DNA of 21,330 nt from Sandaracinaceae bacterium (GTDB lineage Bacteria > Myxococcota_A > Polyangia > Polyangiales > Sandaracinaceae): NCBI GenBank assembly GCA_044220955.1, contig JBGAQA010000107.1, positions 1 to 21,330 on the forward strand, in the 5' to 3' direction. A program made the translations under genes and the position numbers. A model generated the notes under the pieces. The model ran no database searches. It was not told the origin of the DNA and was given only the letters and a program-made list of their open reading frames with translations. This document shows, in pieces, positions 7,726-15,600 of this stretch (positions are counted from its first letter, which is position 1; every line of letters begins with the position of its first letter).

Positions 7726-9007
7726 TCACCTGCGGTGGTCGATCTGGGCGGCCTGGCTCGGCATGCTCGGCGGGGGCTGCAGCGGCACCGTCGCGGACGA
7801 CGCTGGCGTCGATGCGGGCGTGGACGCAGGGCGCGACGGCGGGCAAGATGCGGGTCCTGATGCCGGACGGGACGCAGGCATCGACGGCGGCTGGATCTCG
7901 CTCGCCGTGCCGGATCCGACCAGGTGCGAGCTGTCGATGGCGACCGCGGAGCGCGTGGCCGCGACGAGCTGGCCGATCGAACCGTGCCCGGATCGGACGG
8001 GCTGCCGGCGGATTGTGACGCCCGGTGGGCCGGTCGGGACCAACCCGTTTCGGATCGAGCGTGGGCACGGTGCCCACGACGGAACGCGAGGACTCTTCAC
8101 CGTCCTCGGCGAGTTCTCCGGAAACCGCGACGTGTTCGTCGTTGATGACGGTGGGCATGCACTCGCAGGATTTCGGACTCGTGCCCTGACGCCGGGTGGC
8201 ACCTGCACGCAGACCGAGCACGACGTGAGCGCGACTCACTTGGCCTTCGTCCTGCTGCGGACCATCGAGCCGGACGGCATCGCGGAGTTCTTCTACCGCG
8301 GGGAGCTAGTCGCGGTCCCGAGCTACGTGGCGGACCTTCGCGCACCGTTCGCGCACGGTGGTTCGCAGGAGCTACGGCTCGATGGCGTGCGCACCGCGGC
8401 CTGGATGTCCTTCCAATCCGTCGTCGCGGTCGAGGCCGACGGCACCGAGTCGGTGATCGCGCCCGCCCTCGGCGGCGGCTGTGAGGTGGCCGACGTCGTG
8501 GCTGATGCCGTCTTCGTCGAGTGCAGCTTGCCGACGAACGTCCACGTGCAGCTCCCGGGTGGCCCGCTCCGCGCGTTGTTCGCGAGCGGCGTCAACTTCG
8601 GCCTCGACTCCGACGGCACCGACATGGCGTGGATTCGATTCGAGCCGCTCGATGGAGGCTTCCAGCCGCAGGTCTGGGCCTCGCCTCACGCGAGCGACCC
8701 CGGCGCGGTCGTCGAGCGCCACGTCGCTGACGTGCCCGGGGGCACGAATCCCCAGCCCACCGACCTGCGCGTCGGCTTCGGCTACGCCGCGCTGCTCGAG
8801 CAGTCGGACCGCCTCGGTGTGTATCGACTGTCGGACGGCGCGCGCGCCGAGATCCTCGCGCCCGCGGGCGAGTACTGGTCGGGGTTCGTGCAATACATCG
8901 GTCCCGAGGAGATTGCCGCCACCTCCGGCGTCCCGAGCACATCCCCGCCGACGGACAGCCAGCTCATGTTCATTCGGATCGACTCGCTGACGTTCGTCCC
9001 GCCGTGA
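7712..9007 (+). CDS. Hypothetical lipoprotein, 431 aa, (DAGx)n tether plus beta-rich domain
   Basis: Signal peptide ending MLGGGC; start overlaps the upstream gene by 14 nt; CPDRTGC motif; pattern of short beta-strands. Confidence 0.8.
   Translation: MTASSHLRWSIWAAWLGMLGGGCSGTVADDAGVDAGVDAGRDGGQDAGPDAGRDAGIDGGWISLAVPDPTRCELSMATAERVAATSWPIEPCPDRTGCRRIVTPGGPVGTNPFRIERGHGAHDGTRGLFTVLGEFSGNRDVFVVDDGGHALAGFRTRALTPGGTCTQTEHDVSATHLAFVLLRTIEPDGIAEFFYRGELVAVPSYVADLRAPFAHGGSQELRLDGVRTAAWMSFQSVVAVEADGTESVIAPALGGGCEVADVVADAVFVECSLPTNVHVQLPGGPLRALFASGVNFGLDSDGTDMAWIRFEPLDGGFQPQVWASPHASDPGAVVERHVADVPGGTNPQPTDLRVGFGYAALLEQSDRLGVYRLSDGARAEILAPAGEYWSGFVQYIGPEEIAATSGVPSTSPPTDSQLMFIRIDSLTFVPP
7799..7891 (+). 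repeat. 12-nt-period coding repeat, eight D(A/G)Gx tetrapeptide units
   Basis: Translates DAGV DAGV DAGR DGGQ DAGP DAGR DAGI DGG. Confidence 0.85.
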
Positions 9008-9011
9008 ACCG

Positions 9012-9030
9012 TCCCGGGGCCGCCCCGGGA
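9012..9030. terminator. GC-rich hairpin just after the stop of the 7712-9007 gene
   Basis: TCCCGGGG-ccg-CCCCGGGA, a perfect 8-bp stem. No U-tract, so terminator function is uncertain. Confidence 0.4.
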
Positions 9031-9089
9031 TGCTCGCGCGCGGGGCGGGGTCTCGGCCCGAGTCACGCTCGCGCCACCGGTCGCTGAGG

Positions 9090-9106
9090 CGAGAGTCCCG
9101 CTCTCG
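9090..9106. terminator. Hairpin immediately after the stop of the convergent pfa3-like gene
   Basis: CGAGAG-tcccg-CTCTCG, a 6-bp stem abutting TGA (9107-9109, minus strand); no U-tract. Confidence 0.3.
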
Positions 9107-12100
9107 TCAGCCGCGCGTGATCGCCGGCCCCCTCGGACCGAAGAGCCACTCCGCGATCCGGGCGAGCCACGCGCTCTCCGGGCTCGCGTCGAGCGCGAGC
9201 TCCGCGCCGGTGCGGGCGCTCTCCACGAGCTTCTGCATCCGCGGGTCGCTCGCGCCGCGCGCCTCGAGCACGGCGCGCACCGTGGCGAACGCGGGGAGGG
9301 CGTCGCTCTCGGCCACGCGCATCGCGACCTTTCCGACGAGCTCGGCGTCGCCGCCGAGGGGCATCTCCGCGTCGAAGCCAGGGCCGAGCGCGTTGATGCG
9401 CGCGAGCACGTGCTCCGTGCGGTCCTTGTACGGCAGCTTCTGGATCGCCTCCGGCAGGATCGGTGCGCCCAGGTAGTAGTCCTGCTTGCCCATCGCGAAG
9501 GGGTACTCGAGCCGCGTCTCGACCTCCGCGCGCGGCAGCCCGCCCACGAAGCGGACGGGCACGATCGGCACGCCGAGCGTGAGCGCCATGTCGATGAACA
9601 CGCCGCTCATCTTGCTCACGGGCCTGCTGCACGAGAGCGAGCGCGTCCCCTCGACGTGGATCATCACGTTCTTGCCCTCGCTCTTCATCATCGCGGCGAG
9701 GTCCTGCAGGATCGACGGCAGCGACGCCGGATCCTCGCGGTCGAAGTACGCGATGACGCGCGGGTCGCGCAGGCCCGGGTACGCGAAGCCGTGCAGGATC
9801 AGCTTGCCGAGCCAGGTCTCGCGGTGCTCCTTCTTCGCGAGCGTCAGCGTGCTGGTGCCGGTGAGCGCGGAGGCCGTGATGCCGAAGAGCAGCGACTCGA
9901 TCCCCACCTGGTGGTTGCCGAGGAAGAGCACGCTCTTGCCGCGCACCTTGGCGAGCGCGGCCGGATCCTCCACGTGCACGCTTCGCACGAAGCGCTCGAT
10001 CAGCGAGAAGTAGAGATCCTCGCCCGGCCACGCGCCCGTCTTCAGGAACCCGCGCCAGAAGTCGCGCACGCTCGAGAGGTCGAGCGCCTGGCTCGCGCGG
10101 ACCGTGAGGCCGTCGGGGGTCGCCGTGGTGGTGCCCGCGAAGAGCGCGAGCGGCTGGTGTGTGCTCCTGGCCTTCCACGCGTGGGGCGATCCCGTGAGGT
10201 CGACCTCGCTCGGGTGCGTGTGCGTCGCCTGCCCGACGTGGTCCTTCACGAGCGCGCGGAACGCCATCTCGCTGGGGTCGGTGACGTCGGCGATCCCGTA
10301 GACCCTCTGGATCGTGCCAGGGAGCCAGTTCGACGCGACGAGGTCGGTGAGCGCGAGCGACGAGGCCTCCGGGGTCGTGCGCGAGAGACCGACGCCGCCC
10401 ACGTAGCGCCGATCGCGGAGGAACGCCTCGCGATCCCTGGGCGCCGCCAGGCCGATCGGCCCCTTGGGGAGCAGCACCTCGATCAGATCGAGCGCCGCCC
10501 ACACGCGCCCGCTCGTCTCGTCGACGGCGACGAGCGTGATGCGCGCGCGATCGAAGGACGCCTCGGCGAGCCGCGCCTCGACGCGCACGCGCCCGCGCGG
10601 CATCTGGCTGTCGAAGATCCGCGCATGCTCGATGCGGAACGGGTACGCGGCGCGATCGGCGGCGAGCGCGGGCGACCACGCGTGCAGGCCGTCGTGCGGG
10701 ATGCCGTGCGTGCACGCGTCGAGCAGGACCTCGTGCAGACGGCCCTTCGGCGCGCGGGTCGCCGACGCGTCGAGGACGGCGGTCGATCCGGCATCGCCGA
10801 GCGTGAGCGAGCGGAGCAGGCGGAAGCTCGGCCCGTGGAAGAGCCTCCCCTCCGCGTAGGGGTCTCCGCCCTCGTGCGGGTGCGCGAGCGGCGGCGGGAT
10901 GGGCGGCGGCGCGCCCGGGTCGCCGAGGAGGACGAGCGCCTCGGCCGCCGGCTCGAAGCGCGAGAGCCGCGCGTCCTTCGCGTGGCGGAACGCCTCCAGC
11001 GTCACCTTGAGGTGCCACGCGTCGCCGGGGACGGCCTCGACGCGCGTGCGCAGGCGCGCGGGCTGATCGAGCGTGATCCAGCGGACGACCTGCAGGTGCT
11101 CGACGGCGGCGATGCCCTTGCCGGCGTGCGCCTCGGCCGCCGCGACGACGCGAGCGAGCATCGACATCGCGGGCAGCGCGGGGATCACCCACGTCGGGCA
11201 GTGGTCGGCGAGCCAGGGCTCGCGCGCCACGTCGAGGAGCTCTTCCGATGGCGAGGGCGAGCGCGAGCGCGAGGGCGAGGGCGAGAGCGAGAGCGAGGTC
11301 GAGGTCGAGGACGGGCTCCCCCTCCCATCGCGCCGCGGTCCCTCGTGCCCGTCGGGCGGCGTCCCGTCGCCGCCGACGATGCGCATCGCGAGCCCCTGCG
11401 CGTCGTAGATGCGCTTGCCGTCGACCCAGAGCGACGCATCGCACACCGCGAGCACGCTCCCGCCGGGCTCCTTCTCGATCTTGGTGACCTCGAGGGAGCA
11501 GCCGATCACCTGGTTCGCCGGGACGACCTGGCCGCGGTACTTCCACACGTGCTTCACGCCGCGCGCGACGGCCTCGAAGCGCGGCTGCGCGATGCCCTCG
11601 GCGAGGCCTTTCTCGAGCATGACCAGCTGCAGCAGCTGGCACATCGCCTCGACGCCGAGCGAGCCCGGCTGCACCGGATCCTGGAAGAAGTGCGCCTTGA
11701 AGAACCACTCGTCGCGATCGACCGTCTTCTCCGCGCGCGCCGCGCCGAGCCCCGCCGCGCCGCCGCTCGCGTCGAAGTGCACGATGCGGTCGAGCATCAG
11801 GAGGAAGCGCGTCGCGAGGCGCGCGGTCCCGTCGCAGTACCTCGCGGGGCGCGCCACGAGGTCGATCTCGTTCTTCTTCGGCGCCCCGAAGAGCGCCCTC
11901 TGCGCGTCGTTGATCGGCAGGCCGGCCTGGTTCTCGAACGCCGAGAGCGGGAAGAAGCCGAACACGGTGTCGAGCGAGTAGACCAGCTCGTCGCCCCGCT
12001 CGGGGAGCGTGCAGCGGACGTCGAAGCCCACGATGATCATCGAGCCGGCGAGCGAGACGCTCTTGAGCTTGCTGACCGTCTTCAGCACGCCGCTCGTGGG

Positions 12101-12619
12101 CAGCACTTCGGCGTGCACCGTCGCCTTGCCGTCGAGGTTGCGAAAGAGGAGGTCTTCGTCCTTGAGGAGCGCGCAGCCGACGTAGCTCGCGAGCCAGCCG
12201 CAGGGCTGGAGCGCTGCCTCCATCAGCACGGCGTAGGGCATCACGCCGTGGCCGTTCTCGCGGAAGTACCAGGCGTCGGGCGGGACGTCGTACTCGACCT
12301 CGACCTCCGCGCCGGCCTTGGCCACGCCCATCTCGCCGTCGACGCGCGCGATGCGCGACATGAAGTGATAGGGCGGTCCCGGCAGGCGCGCGACCTTGCG
12401 GTGCGTGTCGAAGCGCTCGTAGATCTTGCCGAACGCGGTGCTCGGCTTGCCCCACGCGCACGCGACCAGCGATGCGTAGTCGAACGGGAAGCCCTCGCTC
12501 GGACCGCTCTTCGCGCGCGCCCCCGGTCGGTCTGCGCGATTGTGGCTCAGCGACGCCGGCTCGGCGCCGGGCGTGACGCCCGGCGCGGCGGCCGCTATCA
12601 GGCGGCCGCGCGCCTCCAT
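9107..12619 (-). CDS. pfa3: PUFA synthase Pfa3-like, C-terminal part: pseudo-DH + FabA-type DH, PKS-type DH, AGPAT acyltransferase (1170 aa from ATG 12619)
   Basis: RLPGPPYHFMSR...MPYAVLMEAALQPCG (DH'), WFFKAHFFQDPVQPGSLGVEA (FabA-type DH), WLADHCPTWVIPALP...LLDACTH (PKS DH), NHQVGIES...HVEGTRS (PlsC-like AGPAT). The ORF-track extension upstream of ~12622 is out-of-frame shadow. Confidence 0.85.
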   Translation of the reverse strand: MEARGRLIAAAAPGVTPGAEPASLSHNRADRPGARAKSGPSEGFPFDYASLVACAWGKPSTAFGKIYERFDTHRKVARLPGPPYHFMSRIARVDGEMGVAKAGAEVEVEYDVPPDAWYFRENGHGVMPYAVLMEAALQPCGWLASYVGCALLKDEDLLFRNLDGKATVHAEVLPTSGVLKTVSKLKSVSLAGSMIIVGFDVRCTLPERGDELVYSLDTVFGFFPLSAFENQAGLPINDAQRALFGAPKKNEIDLVARPARYCDGTARLATRFLLMLDRIVHFDASGGAAGLGAARAEKTVDRDEWFFKAHFFQDPVQPGSLGVEAMCQLLQLVMLEKGLAEGIAQPRFEAVARGVKHVWKYRGQVVPANQVIGCSLEVTKIEKEPGGSVLAVCDASLWVDGKRIYDAQGLAMRIVGGDGTPPDGHEGPRRDGRGSPSSTSTSLSLSPSPSRSRSPSPSEELLDVAREPWLADHCPTWVIPALPAMSMLARVVAAAEAHAGKGIAAVEHLQVVRWITLDQPARLRTRVEAVPGDAWHLKVTLEAFRHAKDARLSRFEPAAEALVLLGDPGAPPPIPPPLAHPHEGGDPYAEGRLFHGPSFRLLRSLTLGDAGSTAVLDASATRAPKGRLHEVLLDACTHGIPHDGLHAWSPALAADRAAYPFRIEHARIFDSQMPRGRVRVEARLAEASFDRARITLVAVDETSGRVWAALDLIEVLLPKGPIGLAAPRDREAFLRDRRYVGGVGLSRTTPEASSLALTDLVASNWLPGTIQRVYGIADVTDPSEMAFRALVKDHVGQATHTHPSEVDLTGSPHAWKARSTHQPLALFAGTTTATPDGLTVRASQALDLSSVRDFWRGFLKTGAWPGEDLYFSLIERFVRSVHVEDPAALAKVRGKSVLFLGNHQVGIESLLFGITASALTGTSTLTLAKKEHRETWLGKLILHGFAYPGLRDPRVIAYFDREDPASLPSILQDLAAMMKSEGKNVMIHVEGTRSLSCSRPVSKMSGVFIDMALTLGVPIVPVRFVGGLPRAEVETRLEYPFAMGKQDYYLGAPILPEAIQKLPYKDRTEHVLARINALGPGFDAEMPLGGDAELVGKVAMRVAESDALPAFATVRAVLEARGASDPRMQKLVESARTGAELALDASPESAWLARIAEWLFGPRGPAITRG
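11250..11310. repeat. Degenerate hexamer (nnCGAG)n tract encoding a Ser-X interdomain linker
   Basis: Translates STSTSLSLSPSPSRSRSPSP on the minus strand, between the FabA-type DH and the PKS-type DH. Confidence 0.85.
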
Positions 12620-15600
12620 CGGCCGTCGACCGTGCAGAGCAGATCCGCGTAGAGCACCGGCCCGCTCGGATCGTCGCGCAGCTCCTCGACGAAGACCTCG
12701 TAGACGAGCTGCTTGCTCTTCGGCGTGACCTGGCCGCGGCAGAGCATCTTGTACGTCTCGCCGGTGACGGGCTCGAAGCGCCAGCCGTCGCGGCCGAGCG
12801 TCACGCCCATCGCCGCGAGGTAGACGCTCATCGTCTGCATGCAGCCGTCGAACATCAGCGTCCCGGGCATGCAAGGATCGAGGTGGAAGTGGCCGTCGAA
12901 GAACCAGTGATCCTCGCGGATGTCCTGCGTCGCGCGCAGGTAGCCGCGCTTCCACGGGCCGCCCTCTGGCTCGATGACGTCGACGCGATCGAGAAAGAGC
13001 ATGCGCCCGCCCTGGATGCAGGGCGATCGCACGTGCGACGCGGCGGCCTCGAAGCCGGCGCCGAAGCAGATGTCGGCGCGGCCGCGCGCGAGCGCCTCGA
13101 GGTCGTCGCGCGTGAGCGAGGTCTTGGCGAGCGCGACCTTCGGCGCATCGACGCGCGCGTCCGGGACGATCTCCTGCGCCTCGGGCTTCCACAGGATGCC
13201 CGCCGACTCGTCGAGCTCCTGGTACGTGAAGAAGCCGGCCTGCCCGTTGCGGACGGTGAGCGCGGGCTGCCCGCCGATGCGGCAGTCGTAGTGGAAGAAC
13301 ATCAGGCGCACGTCGCCCTGGTTGGCGTGGCCGTCGACGTGGATGTCGTAGGTGAGCGTCTCGCCGACGCGCGGCGGGCTGCGGTGGTAGGTGAGCTCGC
13401 AGCCGAGCAGGCGGTAGCAGCGGTTTCCCTGGTTGAGGAAGTCGATGCCCATGTAGGAGATGAGGAAGAGGTCGGCCTGTCCGCTCTCGATCCAGATCCC
13501 GGGCGGCATCCGGCCCTGGTGCAGGTACCAGGAGGTCTCGACCACGTCGGTCTCGGTCCAGCACGTGCCCTTGCCGAGCACACCGGGGGTCGCGTCGATG
13601 CCCGTGCAGCGCGTGGCGAGGAGCATCGGCGGCGTCGGCATCCGCACCTGGATCGCGTGGGCGTCCTGCTGCGCGAAGAGCGGGCCGAAGATCTCGGAGA
13701 TCTTGCCGGACGCGTGGATCTCGAGCTGGGCGCGATCGAACGTCGGGCCCTTCGGCGTCGGGACCACGGGCGCGGGGGTGAGGCCGCCCCTCTTCTTCGC
13801 GGGGAGGGCGCGCGCCTCGGCTCCCTCTCCCCGTGCGCGGGGAGAGGGTTGGGGTGAGGGGCCGGCGGTGGGCGAGGGCGAGGGCGAGGGCGAGGGCGAG
13901 GGCGAGGGCGAGAGCGAGGGCGAGGGCGAGGGCGAGGGCGAGGGCGAGGGCGAGGGCGAGGACGCCTCTTCGAGCGCCGGCTCCGCGATCCCTGCGCCGC
14001 CCCACGCTCCGCCGATCAGCACGTCGCTCATCTGCCCGCGCATCGCGAGGAAGCGCTGGTGCATCGCCACCTGGTCCTCGACGAACCGTCGGTGCAGCTC
14101 GCCGAGCGCGCGCTGGTGCTCGGCCGCCTGCAACAGGATCTGCGCGAGCGGACCCGCGTCGGTGCTCGGCTCGTGGGCGACCTCGGTGGCCGGTACGGCC
14201 GCGAGCAGGGCGGCGGCGACGGGGCGCGCACGCGTCCCGACGGGCGGCAGCGCCGGCGCTCGCGGCATCGATCGCGCGCCGCCGTTTCCATTCGCGTTCT
14301 TCGTCATCGTCGTCGTCTCGCTCTTCGTCGACCGGGGCCGCGGCGGATGGGCGGGCAAGCGCACGACCGGGCCGGCCAGGGCGCGCGCGACCGGCCACGG
14401 CTGTCTCGGGCCCACCCGCTCGAGCGTCACGCGCTCGGTGGGTCCCTCGAGGCTCGGCGTCTCGATCGTGATCGCCGCGGTCTCCGCGCTCGCGTGCGCC
14501 AGCTCGATCGTGGCGAGCGCGACGTGGAGCAGCCCGACCGCGGCGTGCGGCCGTCCGAAGAGGCGCTCCACCTCCGAGCGCTCGGTCCGCCAGACGGCGC
14601 GGGCGTCCTCGTCGCCCAGGCGCGCCAGGATCGGGTGACCGTTCTTGCGCGCGTCGTCCTCGCGCTCGAGCACCAGCACCAGGGCCGCGTCACCGCTCAC
14701 CGCCTCGAGCCGCAGCTCCTTCAGCGCCGCCTCGTGCACCGGCTCGCTGCAGAGCTCGCTCGCGCACACGAGCGCCGCGTCGAGCTCGCCCTCCTCGAGC
14801 GCGCGTCGCGCGAGCCCCAGCGCCACCAGCCCCGAGCGCTCCTCCGCCGACACCGTGTGGCTCGGGCCGCCCAGATCCAGCTGGGACGAGAGCCGGTTCG
14901 CCGGCACGTTGGGCATCGTGCCGACCACGGTCGCCGCGACCAGCCTCGGGGCGATCGCGTCGCGGTCCGCGCCGTCCTCGCCGAGGCGCCATCGCGCGCC
15001 CCAGCGCGCGACCTCGGCGTCGCAGCCCATCCCGCTGAACACGCCCGTGCGCAGGCTCGGCAGGGAGAGCCCGGTCGCGACCTCGCGCGCCGCCGCGAGG
15101 AGCATCGTCTGCTGGGCGATGGTGCGCTCGAGGTCTGCGGGCGGGAAGCGCAGGCCCGTCAGCTCGAGCACCACCTCCTCGGCGTGCGCCGACGCGACGC
15201 CGCCCTCGGGGCGCGGGCGCACCCGCGAGCGCTTCTCCCTCCACGACGCGGCGAGGTCGGCTGCGCTCTGGCCGTCGGCCACGCGCGCGCCGATGCCGAC
15301 GACGACCACGCGCGGCGTGCTCCGCACCTCGATGCCGACCGCCGTGACTGCCTTCTCGCTCGCCGCCTGCTCCGGGTGCCACTCGTCGATGACGACGTGC
15401 GCGTTGTTGCCACCGAAGCCGAACGCGCTGATGGCCGCGCGGCGCACGCCGCCGGCCGTGTTCCACGCCTCGCGCTTGCCGAGCACGCGGAAGCGCGCCG
15501 GATCGAGCGCCTTGCTCGGCGCATCCACGTGCGGCGTCGGCGGGATCGAGCGCGCCTCCAGCGCCGCGAGGATCTTCAGGACGCCCGCCGCGCCCGCCGC

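Noticed and set aside
9063..12461. 1132-aa alternative-frame minus-strand ORF
   Set aside because: Arg-rich out-of-frame shadow of the motif-bearing pfa3 frame.
9410..12652. 1080-aa plus-strand ORF
   Set aside because: Antisense shadow of pfa3; no recognisable motifs, and long stop-free antisense frames are expected at this GC content.
14305..14307. Possible internal start (MTKNANG...) dividing pfa3 after the CLF
   Set aside because: The frame is continuous through it and there is no convincing Shine-Dalgarno sequence; treated as linker.
12623..14398. N-terminal extension of the 1763-aa ORF
   Set aside because: Overlaps the real DH-coding frame of the upstream pfa3 part; protein-like sequence begins only at ~12622.
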